A DNA stretch of 64,000 nucleotides from Candidatus Geocrenenecus huangii. GTDB taxonomy: Archaea > Thermoproteota > Nitrososphaeria_A > Caldarchaeales > Wolframiiraptoraceae. The stretch's first letter is position 1, and each line of letters opens with the position of its first letter. Shown here one piece after another: positions 56,009 through 64,000 of the stretch. The stretch spans positions 19,538 through 83,537 of the forward strand of contig JALNLM010000002.1 of assembly GCA_023254095.1 (NCBI GenBank), written 5' to 3'. The notes under the pieces are model-generated. The model was not told where the DNA came from. It saw only the letters and a list, made by a program, of their open reading frames with translations, and did not search any database. Made by a program: the position numbers and the translations under genes.

Positions 56009-56854
56009 ATGTGGGCCAGATATGCGGATTTTAAACAAACATTATTTGAGTTAATTACGATTGGCTATGAAATACTCGACGGCAGAATTCTCAATACAAA
56101 TTCTAAATGGCTAGCTGAAAATATAACGGCTATGGGTGGAAAAGTAACTAGAATGGTGACGGTTGGGGACTCTATAAAGGATATAAGCTCATCTATAAGA
56201 GAAGCACTTAAAAGAAAAGTTGATTGGATTATAACTTCTGGGGGTCTTGGACCCACGTATGACGATCTTACCCTTCAGGGAGTTGCCAAGGCTATAAACA
56301 GAAGACTAGTCTTGAATAAAACTGCTTACGAGATGCTTAAGGAAAGATACAGGATGCTTGCAGAAAAAGGAGTAGTAGAATCCCCTGAGCTTACTCCCGC
56401 TAGGCTTAAAATGGCTATGCTTCCAAGAGGAGCTAAGCCTCTACGGAATAGAGTTGGCTCAGCTCCGGGAGTCTTACTAAAGTATGGAAAAACGTGGGTA
56501 GCCTGTCTTCCAGGTGTCCCATCAGAACTATATAGTATATTCGATGAAGAATTGAAACCTCTTCTATTGAAGACTATTAGAAAAGTATTCAGAATAGATA
56601 AAACCCTTAACATAAGAAAGGTTGCAGAATCGAGTCTCGCCCCCAAGATTGAGCAAATAATTAGAAAATACCATGGAGTGTATGTAAAAACACATCCTAA
56701 GACTATTGAGGGCGGAATATCTAGGATAGAGATACAGATCTCCGTTATGTCAAATAAAGAAGAGCACGCAATCGAGAAAGCGGACTACGTAGAGAAGATC
56801 ATCAAAGACATAGTAGTAGACATGGGGGGAGAACTGGAGGCCACTGAACATTAA
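56009..56854 (+). CDS. CinA-like/molybdopterin-binding (MoCF_biosynth) domain protein
   Basis: 281 aa. ITIGYEILDGRILNTNSKWLAENITAMGGKV...DWIITSGGLGPTYDDLT is a MogA/MoaB-type fold with a GGLGPT motif, as in the CinA N-terminal domain. Confidence 0.6.
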   Translation: MWARYADFKQTLFELITIGYEILDGRILNTNSKWLAENITAMGGKVTRMVTVGDSIKDISSSIREALKRKVDWIITSGGLGPTYDDLTLQGVAKAINRRLVLNKTAYEMLKERYRMLAEKGVVESPELTPARLKMAMLPRGAKPLRNRVGSAPGVLLKYGKTWVACLPGVPSELYSIFDEELKPLLLKTIRKVFRIDKTLNIRKVAESSLAPKIEQIIRKYHGVYVKTHPKTIEGGISRIEIQISVMSNKEEHAIEKADYVEKIIKDIVVDMGGELEATEH

Positions 56855-56869
56855 AAAATCCGAATATAC

Positions 56870-57244
56870 TTGGAAAATGGGGGCATCATGTTTAGGTTTA
56901 AGCAAGCTGTCGTCGTTAGAAGCGACTTAAAGATGAGTATTGGCAAGACAGCTGTTCAAGTAGCTCATGCGTCAGTATCTTCCGCTGAAGAATGTAGAAG
57001 AATGAATGTTGAATGGTATAATCAATGGCTTATTGAAGGGCAAAAGAAAATAGTCCTGAAAGTTCAAAATCTTGACGAACTACTAAAACTCTATGATAGA
57101 GCTAGATCGATGAAACTTCCAGTAGCTTTAATCGAAGATGCGGGATTAACGGAACTAGAACCCGGCACGATTACTGCTATCGGCATAGGTCCCGCACCTT
57201 CAGAACAAGTCGACAAGATTACTGGAGACCTCTCGTTACTCTAA
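56870..57244 (+). CDS. pth2: Peptidyl-tRNA hydrolase, archaeal/eukaryotic Pth2 type
   Basis: KQAVVVRSDLKMSIGKTAVQVAHASV is the Pth2 signature. The likely start is MFRFKQ at 56878. Length is about 120 aa. Confidence 0.8.
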   Translation: MENGGIMFRFKQAVVVRSDLKMSIGKTAVQVAHASVSSAEECRRMNVEWYNQWLIEGQKKIVLKVQNLDELLKLYDRARSMKLPVALIEDAGLTELEPGTITAIGIGPAPSEQVDKITGDLSLL

Positions 57245-57268
57245 TTTGTTCAGGGATCAAAAATTGTT

Positions 57269-58687
57269 ATGCTTATATTATTGATGAATGATATAGTGGC
57301 GTTCATGATCTATTACAAGCCTGTTCTATCATCTCTAAGAATAGAAGATATTGAAAGATTCATTGGAATAACGAGTTACGTTACTGGACATGAAGGAATA
57401 GGCGGAGTAATAAAGATGAGATCTGAAGACTTCTTGGTCTGGGAGGTTCTCGAGACAGGTTTAGATGCGAAAAAATTATTCGAATCGTCTTCATTTGTAG
57501 GAGATTTCGGCAACTATATTTTATGCGTCTTGAAGAAGGTTGGAGTTGACTCTATTAGAGCGGTAAGCCTGCTCGCCTCAAGACTATCCATAAGAAGTAA
57601 GGAGATAGGGATATGCGGTATCAAAGACAAGATGAGCGTTAGCTGGCAATTCATAACTATTCCATCTTCCATAACAGAAAAAATACTAGAAGATGGAAAG
57701 ACAATATCGGTGGGTAATCTAATAGAAGTCAAACCTATTAGATGGTTTCAACATAGATTATCCTCTAGACTACTCAGAAATAATGTATTCAGGGTGAGAA
57801 TCAGAAATCCGAAAACTACTGATGTACAAAAGGTCGAAGAAATAATTAAAGAATTGAGGGGTAAGGGGGTTCCTAACTATTTTGGGCATCAACGCTTTGG
57901 AATAACGAGGCCTATTACACCGGTTGTTGGAAGATTGATCTTAAAGAGGAGACTCGGAGAAGCTGTAGCTGCTTTCCTCTCAGATTATTCGAACCTTGAA
58001 AATGAGAAAAATAGATTGGTCAGGAAAGAATTAGGAGAAGGATGGGATCTAGGACGGGCTATAGAGATTTTTCCGAAAAGCCTAGTTTATGAAAGAAGGA
58101 TGATAGAGTCTCTTATAAAAAATCCCGGAGACTATGTTAAATGTTTAAGGACTCTTCCATTAAGGCTTAGGAGGCTGATCGTCGAATCCGTGGGGGCCAG
58201 GATATTCAATCTAGCTCTCTCAGAGATAATCGAAGAAGATAGATTAAACGAGATAGAAGTTGGAGATATCGTTCTACCTGTAGATTCGAGCGGCCGAGCC
58301 GATAAAAATAGGCCAATAACTGTGACAAGTAGAAATATCAAACAGGTCGAGAAGCTTGTCAAAGATGAGAAGATGGTGAACGCGTTACCTATACTTGGAT
58401 ATCTTTCCCCGATACCTAGAAGTTCAAAGGGAGAGATAATTCTTGAGATTATGGAGAAGGAAGAAATAGATCTAAAAGACTTCATGATCGTTGATATGCC
58501 TGAAGCTTCTACAAAAGGGTCTCTACGACCAGTAATAATCACGAAATGGTCATGCTCGGTGCTCTCCGTAGATGATGAATCCTTTACTCTTGAATTCTCC
58601 CTTCCTCCAGGCTCATATGCGACAATCTTGTTAAGAGAGATAATGAAGTCTGAAAACCCATTATCATATATAGGTAGGCATTCTTGA
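57269..58687 (+). CDS. truD: tRNA pseudouridine synthase TruD/Pus7 family (tRNA Psi13 synthase)
   Basis: 472 aa. EDFLVWEV is the N-terminal TruD motif. GICGIKDKMSVS contains the catalytic Asp in the GxKDxxA motif. Confidence 0.7.
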   Translation: MLILLMNDIVAFMIYYKPVLSSLRIEDIERFIGITSYVTGHEGIGGVIKMRSEDFLVWEVLETGLDAKKLFESSSFVGDFGNYILCVLKKVGVDSIRAVSLLASRLSIRSKEIGICGIKDKMSVSWQFITIPSSITEKILEDGKTISVGNLIEVKPIRWFQHRLSSRLLRNNVFRVRIRNPKTTDVQKVEEIIKELRGKGVPNYFGHQRFGITRPITPVVGRLILKRRLGEAVAAFLSDYSNLENEKNRLVRKELGEGWDLGRAIEIFPKSLVYERRMIESLIKNPGDYVKCLRTLPLRLRRLIVESVGARIFNLALSEIIEEDRLNEIEVGDIVLPVDSSGRADKNRPITVTSRNIKQVEKLVKDEKMVNALPILGYLSPIPRSSKGEIILEIMEKEEIDLKDFMIVDMPEASTKGSLRPVIITKWSCSVLSVDDESFTLEFSLPPGSYATILLREIMKSENPLSYIGRHS

Positions 58688-58814
58688 TATCGCTATCTAA
58701 AAAGACTTTGGCTTAATACGTCCCCAGAATGAGAATCTTTAACGATATAAAGCATAGTGAATTTCATCTAGAGTCATGTGGGTACTTCAACTATTACCTC
58801 TTCTTTAGACATGG

Positions 58815-59510
58815 GTGCGAAGTAAAGTATTGTTTATATTCTCTTCAACTTCAGGTATTCTCAAGGTCTGGGGAATGTATGTAGCTAGAAGTGAGAACTC
58901 TTATCTTACATGGTTTATCATACTAACGAATATTGCCGTCTTTATCTTGGTAAGAATTAATCCAAGGATTATATTGGAATATGCAACTATACCTATCCTT
59001 ACTGTTACTTTTACCCAGCCCTACAGATTGCTAACCTCAATGTTTATCCATTATGATGTCTTCCACCTCTTCTTCAATATGTTTGCACTCTTCATATTTG
59101 GTCCAGATATTGAGAAAGTTCTCGGGAAGCCACGTTATCTCTTGTTATATTTTTTAAGCGGGTTTATGGCGGCTATCGTTCATGCATACTATATCTTTAT
59201 CTTCTTTCCAGTTAGAGAATTACTTGCTACTCCTGCAATTGGTGCTTCAGGAGCTATATACGGCGTGATGGCTGCTTTTGGAATACTGTTTCCTTTGAGG
59301 AGGCTTGTAGTTTTCTTCGGGTTCCCGATAATGGCTCCGGCAATAATCGTAATCATAGTACTTGCTCTAATACAGACCTTGTATGCTTTCGTTGCCCCGT
59401 ATTCTCAAGTCGCATATGCAGCGCATGTTGGGGGGTTCATAACAGGGCTATTAATCACCTTCATCTACAAACCTGGATTGAAGAGATTCATACCGTACCG
59501 TTATTTCTAA
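58815..59510 (+). CDS. Rhomboid-family intramembrane serine protease
   Basis: 231 aa with 6 TM helices. GASGAIYGVMAA carries the catalytic Ser in GxSG, and AHVGGFITGLL carries the catalytic His in TM6. Confidence 0.8.
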   Translation: MRSKVLFIFSSTSGILKVWGMYVARSENSYLTWFIILTNIAVFILVRINPRIILEYATIPILTVTFTQPYRLLTSMFIHYDVFHLFFNMFALFIFGPDIEKVLGKPRYLLLYFLSGFMAAIVHAYYIFIFFPVRELLATPAIGASGAIYGVMAAFGILFPLRRLVVFFGFPIMAPAIIVIIVLALIQTLYAFVAPYSQVAYAAHVGGFITGLLITFIYKPGLKRFIPYRYF

Positions 59511-59605
59511 AAACAAGCATGTCCTCTCCAGGTTCTATGCAATGCATATTTAAATAGACCTTCATACTAGATGAAGCTGAACTATACAATAGGATAGTAG
59601 AGGTT

Positions 59606-60271
59606 ATGTGGATGGCTCTTGATCAATTCAATCTTCTTAGAAAGATTCCGAGAAAAACAGGAATTTTCGGTTATACTTTAGCATGCTCGAAAAACATCAT
59701 CGAATCGATAGTTGAAGAAGTTGTTCCTGAAGAAGAAAGAGAAGAAGCAATCAGAGAATACGGGTTGGGTAGGCCTTTAAAGATCATCAAGGAAGGAGAA
59801 ACTAACTACATTCTACAAGTAATCAAGAATAATTCATTGATTAGATACCTCGTTAATTGGGGTAGGATGGCTTCTTTATGGCCAGCACACTTAACGACTG
59901 CTTGCTGCAGTGTAGAGTTTGGAGCAGTTTCCAGTTCTAGATATGACCCTGAGAGATTTGGATGGATACCCGCAACGGGAAGTCTAAGACAGTCAGACGT
60001 ATTACTGATAGAAGGAACAGTAAATACTAAGATGGCTCAGAGAGTTAGGATTATCTATGACCAGATGCCAAACCCGAAATGGGTGATTGCCATGGGTGCC
60101 TGCGCCATATCTGGAGGGCTCTATGCTAAGGACTCCTACAATGTTCTACAAGGACTCAATGACGTAGTTCCAGTAGATGTATATGTTCCAGGATGTCCTC
60201 CTAGGCCTGAGACACTATTTCAAGGATTCCTACTCTTAAGAGATAAGATACTCAAATCAAGGTTGGAATGA
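59606..60271 (+). CDS. nuoB: NADH-quinone oxidoreductase subunit B (NuoB/PSST, N2 cluster subunit) with an N-terminal extension of about 60 aa
   Basis: LVNWGRMASLWPAHLTTACCSVEF, GACAISGG and VPGCPPRPE supply the four conserved Cys of the N2 [4Fe-4S] site. Confidence 0.85.
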   Translation: MWMALDQFNLLRKIPRKTGIFGYTLACSKNIIESIVEEVVPEEEREEAIREYGLGRPLKIIKEGETNYILQVIKNNSLIRYLVNWGRMASLWPAHLTTACCSVEFGAVSSSRYDPERFGWIPATGSLRQSDVLLIEGTVNTKMAQRVRIIYDQMPNPKWVIAMGACAISGGLYAKDSYNVLQGLNDVVPVDVYVPGCPPRPETLFQGFLLLRDKILKSRLE

Positions 60272-60272
60272 T

Positions 60273-60767
60273 ATGACGTGGGAGAAACTCAGGAAGATAT
60301 TGGACGATGTGAAAGAAGCGTTTGGAGAAGATATAGAAGGAGAGGTGTTCTTGGAGAAGAAGATAGCTAAGGTTATAGTGAAGAAAGAAGCTTTAGTAGA
60401 AGTTGCGAGATATCTTAAAGATAGGCATGGATTTGACCACGTTAAGGGTGTTACGGGAGTAGACTTATCAAGATTAAAAGAAGGTGGTGGACCATTCATC
60501 GAGGTAATATATCATCTGGGAAGCCTAGGAGACCAAGAACTAGCCGATAGCATACTTAATCTATCTGTAAAACTAGATTTAGAGAAGCCCATGGTAAGTT
60601 CCCTATTCTCTATTTGGCCCAGCGTCGAGTATCATGAGAGAGAAGTATACGATATGCTGGGAGTAATCTTCGAGGGTCATCCAGACTTGAAAAGGATACT
60701 TCTTCCCGAATATTGGATGGATATACCGCCGCTTAGAAAAGAATACAAGATTCCTGGGAGAGAGTAG
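60273..60767 (+). CDS. nuoC: NADH-quinone oxidoreductase subunit C (30 kDa subunit)
   Basis: 164 aa. EREVYDMLGVIFEGHPDLKRILLPEYW is the conserved NuoC C-terminal block. The start is 2 nt after the nuoB stop. Confidence 0.8.
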   Translation: MTWEKLRKILDDVKEAFGEDIEGEVFLEKKIAKVIVKKEALVEVARYLKDRHGFDHVKGVTGVDLSRLKEGGGPFIEVIYHLGSLGDQELADSILNLSVKLDLEKPMVSSLFSIWPSVEYHEREVYDMLGVIFEGHPDLKRILLPEYWMDIPPLRKEYKIPGRE

Positions 60768-60769
60768 GT

Positions 60770-61990
60770 ATGGTGTTAGAGGAGAAAAAGAAGATAGAAG
60801 TATACGATATAGGTGGACCGAGGTTAACTTTCAGTTACGGGCCACAGCATCCTGGTACAGGTCATTTTAGAATGATAGTAACAGTTAGTGGAGATACTGT
60901 AGTAGACCTTGAGCCCGACCCAGGCTTTGTTCATAGAGGTGAAGAGAAGATGGCTGAATATAAGACTTGGATAACCAATATTCCACATTTAGAGAGACCG
61001 TCTATCCTTGATGCTGCGGGGATGGTGATACCCTACTGTTTGACGGTTGAGAAACTTATGGAGGTCGAGATACCTGAAAGAGCAAAATATCTTAGGACAC
61101 TTATCGCTGAACTGGACCGTATTGCAAGCCATCTATACTGGTTCTCATTATACGGCATATTCCTCGGGCATTCAACAATGTTTCTATGGTGCGTAAACGA
61201 TAGAGAGTTCATCCTAGACTTATCACAGCATATCACTGGTCAGAGATTCACGCACGCCTACTATGTCCCTGGAGGAGTTAGGAATGACGCCCCCAGAAAA
61301 GTCTCAAAAGAACTCGTTAAAGAATTCAAACTATATTATTCAAGGATGCTAGGCAGAGAGCCTAGTGAAGATGAATTGAGCGAAGACTTTAAGAAGTATG
61401 TAGTAGCGGTAACACACTTCATGGATCTGAGACTGGACCATTATTATGAGATGTTCTTTAACAGTGAGATATTTATCGAGAGAGTAAGACGAGTAGGTGT
61501 ACTAAAGAGGGAAGATGCGATTAGGCTAGGTGTTCCAGGAACAACTCTGAGAGCCTCGGGAGTAAAGTACGATACTAGAATAAATGACCCATACGATGCT
61601 TACCCACTCTTGAAATTCGAAATACCTGTAAGAACAGAAGGAGACTGTTATGCCAGGGCAATGATTGGATTTCAAGAGATAAGAGAAAGTTTGAAGATAA
61701 TAAGACAGTCGGTCGAACAGATGCCTGAGGGGCCATTCAAACTGAAACAACATCCGCTCATAATAAGAGTACCTAAAGGTGAAGCATTGGGTAGAGCTGA
61801 GGCAGCTAGAGGAGAAATGATCTACTATATCGTAAGTGATGGTACAGACAGACCATACAGACTAAGGATGGTGACTCCTAGCTTTAGACTTCTACCAGCC
61901 TTAAGACATCTATCCTTGGGTGCCAGAATAGCAGACATACCACCAATATACTGGAGCTTAAACTATTGGCCCGTAGAAGCAGACAGATAA
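60770..61990 (+). CDS. nuoD: NADH-quinone oxidoreductase subunit D (49 kDa subunit)
   Basis: 406 aa. The N-terminus FSYGPQHPGTGHFRMIV, RAEAARGEMIYYIV and the C-terminal NuoD fold are present. The start is 3 nt after the nuoC stop. Confidence 0.85.
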   Translation: MVLEEKKKIEVYDIGGPRLTFSYGPQHPGTGHFRMIVTVSGDTVVDLEPDPGFVHRGEEKMAEYKTWITNIPHLERPSILDAAGMVIPYCLTVEKLMEVEIPERAKYLRTLIAELDRIASHLYWFSLYGIFLGHSTMFLWCVNDREFILDLSQHITGQRFTHAYYVPGGVRNDAPRKVSKELVKEFKLYYSRMLGREPSEDELSEDFKKYVVAVTHFMDLRLDHYYEMFFNSEIFIERVRRVGVLKREDAIRLGVPGTTLRASGVKYDTRINDPYDAYPLLKFEIPVRTEGDCYARAMIGFQEIRESLKIIRQSVEQMPEGPFKLKQHPLIIRVPKGEALGRAEAARGEMIYYIVSDGTDRPYRLRMVTPSFRLLPALRHLSLGARIADIPPIYWSLNYWPVEADR

Positions 61991-62165
61991 TATAGATAGC
62001 CTTCACAGAAAAAATATTTCTTTCACAGTAATTATTACTGGAGATGCCTAAAAGAATATGAGGAATAGAACAAAGGCACGCTCTTTAAATGAGTACGTGG
62101 AAACGTTCTCAAGGTTTAGAAAGAAACTGATTAATCAGATATCTCGTGTAGTATCGGATAAAGTA

Positions 62166-62289
62166 TAGCCCGGGCCGGATTCGAACCGGCGTCCCCGGGT
62201 ATCCCCTCATAGCGGCCAATGATCCAAAGCCCGGGATCCATAACCCATACTCATCCGACCAGCATGTTTGGCCGCTAGACGACCGGGCT
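62166..62289 (-). tRNA. tRNA-Gln (anticodon UUG) with two introns: D-loop intron near-identical to that of the CUG copy, and a 23-nt anticodon-loop intron
   Basis: The acceptor, D-stem, T-arm and D-loop intron match the 48095-48216 gene. The anticodon loop reads CUUUGGA, giving UUG. The second intron, AUCAUUGGCCGCUAUGAGGGGAU, differs from the CUG copy. The gene is 124 nt. Confidence 0.7.
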
Positions 62290-62465
62290 CTATCTATTAT
62301 TAATCGCATGCCTGTTTTTGTAGTTTTTGGGTATAGTATATTAGCATGCTAAGATCATCTATTAGATATCTGGGCGTTCTCAGAAAATACTGTAAGGCCT
62401 TCTTTAGAGGGATTTCTCTCTTGTTACTATTGCTTAAATAGATCGAGATCTCTCTTTATTCAGGA

Positions 62466-62798
62466 ATGAGCGGTACTTCTATTTCTTCAGCAATCTCTAC
62501 CCTGGAAGATTTTGAGAAAAAGATTGACGAGATACTTTCAAGAAGTGAAGATTTCAAGAAAAAGATCTTGGAGGTAGCTGAAGAAGAATCTAGGAGGATC
62601 CGGGAGAAGGTGATCTCGGAGGTTAGAGCCGAACTAGAGAACTTCTTGAAGAGTGTCGAGAGCGAAGTTCAGAGGGAAGCTGAACAGTTATTGAGGAAGG
62701 GAGATGAGGAAGCTAAGAAGATCAAGGAAAGATTCCATGAGAGATTCGATGAAATAGTGAATCATGTCTTGAATTTGGTACTTGAAGGAGAGAAATAA
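62466..62798 (+). CDS. Coiled-coil protein, probable A-type ATP synthase peripheral-stalk subunit (AtpH-like)
   Basis: 110 aa, almost entirely heptad-repeat and charged (EDFKKKILEVAEEESRRIREKVISEVRAELENFLKSVESE...). It lies immediately upstream of, and overlaps, the AtpC-like gene. Confidence 0.4.
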   Translation: MSGTSISSAISTLEDFEKKIDEILSRSEDFKKKILEVAEEESRRIREKVISEVRAELENFLKSVESEVQREAEQLLRKGDEEAKKIKERFHERFDEIVNHVLNLVLEGEK

Positions 62799-63861
62799 TA
62801 TGTCTGCTATAAATCTTGGAAGCCTCTATCCCGTGGTTCGTTCATACGCTTTGAAAGGAATGCTTCTCGAATATTCTGTGTATGAAGATCTAGCGAACTC
62901 TAAAAGTCTAGGAGAATTGGTTGATAAGCTGAGACCTACAGTATACGGCAACGTGTTAACGGAACTTCCTAAACCATTAACTTCTGAGAATCTTGAAAAA
63001 ATTTTTCAAACAAATCTGATAGAGGTAGAATATTCTCTAATAAGATATATTCCTAAAGCAATATTCCTCAAAACATATTTCCTTAGACATGTTTATAGAA
63101 ATCTTAAGACTATCTTGAAAGCTAGGGCTTTAGGAATACCATACGAGGAAGTATCTCCGAAAATGAATCTTAGAGCTGAAGAACATCTCAAGATAAGAGA
63201 TCTAGTTGTAAAAGCATTGGTTGAGAAAGACTTGGAAACAACTATAGAGAGTCTTAAGGGAACGCAAATGTATCCAGATCTTAAAGGCGCACTAGAAGTT
63301 TATGAAAAAGAGAAAGACCCATTAATATTCGAGACATCTCTAGATAGGTCATTTTATGAGCAGTTATTAAGAGCGTTAAAGAAGACTAAAAGAGATGAGA
63401 GAAACCAGCTACTTCTTCTCTTAGTATACGAGATAGATGGATATATTCTAACCGCGGCTTTAAGGTCTAGGCTATGGAATCTTACGCCAGCTGAAACTAG
63501 AAAATTTATGTTATCTTCTGGAATTAAGTTCAGTAATAGGAAGATCGAGAAGGTAATCCATGCCACGAATATAGAAGAGGTTCTAAAAGAGTTAGAAGAT
63601 ACATACTATGAAGATTTGTTGAAAATAGTCGATCTATCCCGACCGTTAGAGACGATTAACTCGATAGACTCATGGTTTAAAGAGGAAGCTGTAAAGAACG
63701 CTAGGAGAGCATTTCTACAAAGCGTATTCAAACTGGCGATAGTATACTCATTCATAAAACTGAAAGAGGTGGAAGTCAGGAATTTAACATCGATAGCTTT
63801 TGGAGTAGAGTATGGGCTGACGCCTTCCGAGATTCTGGAACCCCTCAGAAAAGTTATCTAG
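62782..63861 (+). CDS. atpC: A-type/V-type ATP synthase subunit C (V0 d-subunit family, vATP-synt_AC39)
   Basis: 359 aa. The N-terminus LYPVVRSYALKGMLLEYSVYEDLANSKSLGELVDKLRPTVYGNVL fits the subunit C/d pattern (Y.Y.naR.r.M...LL....L....sl.E....L..T.Y). The protein is all-helical and of the expected length. Confidence 0.55.
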   Translation: MKERNNMSAINLGSLYPVVRSYALKGMLLEYSVYEDLANSKSLGELVDKLRPTVYGNVLTELPKPLTSENLEKIFQTNLIEVEYSLIRYIPKAIFLKTYFLRHVYRNLKTILKARALGIPYEEVSPKMNLRAEEHLKIRDLVVKALVEKDLETTIESLKGTQMYPDLKGALEVYEKEKDPLIFETSLDRSFYEQLLRALKKTKRDERNQLLLLLVYEIDGYILTAALRSRLWNLTPAETRKFMLSSGIKFSNRKIEKVIHATNIEEVLKELEDTYYEDLLKIVDLSRPLETINSIDSWFKEEAVKNARRAFLQSVFKLAIVYSFIKLKEVEVRNLTSIAFGVEYGLTPSEILEPLRKVI

Positions 63862-63885
63862 TATTAGCATTATGCAAACCGGTCT

Positions 63886-64000
63886 ATGAGGAAACGAGTC
63901 TACAAAGTCGTTTTATGTAAGAATTGTGGCCACATCCAGATAACCTACGCGGAAAACAGCTACCAATGTTTTAGATGTGGGACGATAATGGAATTGGAGA
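63886..64000 (+). CDS. Partial CDS (runs off the window end): small zinc-ribbon protein
   Basis: MRKRVYKVVLCKNCGHIQITYAENSYQCFRCGTIMELE... carries two CxxC pairs 17 residues apart. It begins 25 nt after atpC and is not in the ORF track because it is truncated. Confidence 0.3.
   Translation, partial: MRKRVYKVVLCKNCGHIQITYAENSYQCFRCGTIMELE

Noticed and set aside
59606-59860. NuoB N-terminal extension as evidence of a frameshift-fused upstream nuoA pseudogene
   Set aside because: The extension is hydrophilic and acidic, with no TM helices. NuoA is a 3-TM membrane protein, so the extension is not a remnant of it. It more likely reflects a start-codon choice or a lineage-specific extension.
48095-62289. 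Possibility that the two tRNA-Gln-like repeats are attL/attR of an integrated element
   Set aside because: Both copies are complete tRNA genes with different anticodons (CUG and UUG). The 14 kb between them encodes only housekeeping genes (aIF2 beta, SAHH, prefoldin, ADH, FtsY, Pth2, TruD, NuoBCD) and no integrase. The repeats are paralogous tRNA genes, not att duplications.
1-64000. CRISPR arrays, rRNA genes, transposases or integrases
   Set aside because: I found no regularly spaced direct repeats of 24-40 nt in any intergenic region. Nothing resembles 16S/23S/5S conserved blocks. No ORF carries DDE/HUH/tyrosine-recombinase motifs.

Overview
The window reads as a gene-dense chromosomal segment of a hyperthermophilic crenarchaeon, coding on both strands. 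The organism call is an inference from three things I can see: an archaeal housekeeping repertoire, three tRNA genes that each carry two introns (typical of Thermoproteales-like lineages), and a moderate-to-low GC content judged by eye.

I could assign function to most of the roughly 70 CDS.
- **Translation and protein folding:** threonyl-tRNA synthetase, aIF2 beta, ribosomal proteins S3Ae and S15, peptidyl-tRNA hydrolase Pth2, pseudouridine synthase TruD, a DRG-like GTPase, the thermosome, prefoldin alpha, a small heat shock protein, proteasome beta and a PAC2 proteasome-assembly protein.
- **Central and cofactor metabolism:** archaeal-type PEP carboxylase, malic enzyme, bifunctional PGI/PMI, HMG-CoA reductase, myo-inositol-1-phosphate synthase, SAHH, archaeal NMNAT, the archaeal RibK and RibL flavin-cofactor enzymes, TenA and diphthine synthase.
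- **Repair and RNA/DNA processing:** RtcA, a Hef-like helicase followed by an Hjc-like resolvase and a DUF99 gene, and a RecJ/Cdc45-like DHH protein.
- **Membrane, bioenergetic and transport genes:** NuoBCD, two A-ATPase subunits, a Znu-like metal ABC transporter with a DtxR regulator, SRP receptor FtsY, RpoK, a rhomboid protease and a TauE exporter.

I found no CRISPR array, rRNA, transposase or integrase.

The most interesting locus is a compact block at 25.8-32.1 kb. It holds two tandem paralogous flavoproteins, each exported with a Tat-type signal anchor and a Thr/Pro-rich stalk. Divergent from them is an unusual fusion gene: a diheme cytochrome b joined to a CARDB domain and an FMN-binding domain with a perfect DxxSGAT flavinylation motif. 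An ApbE FMN-transferase gene overlaps the fusion gene's 3' end. The simplest reading is an archaeal flavin-based electron conduit from membrane quinol to the cell surface, analogous to bacterial flavin-based extracellular electron transfer (EET). This architecture does not appear to be described for Crenarchaeota.

Other items worth follow-up are the multi-intron tRNA-Gln pair (with a conserved D-loop intron) and tRNA-Ser, the Hef-Hjc-DUF99 operon, a riboflavin kinase fused to a DNA-binding domain (RbkR-type), and several conserved hypothetical genes.
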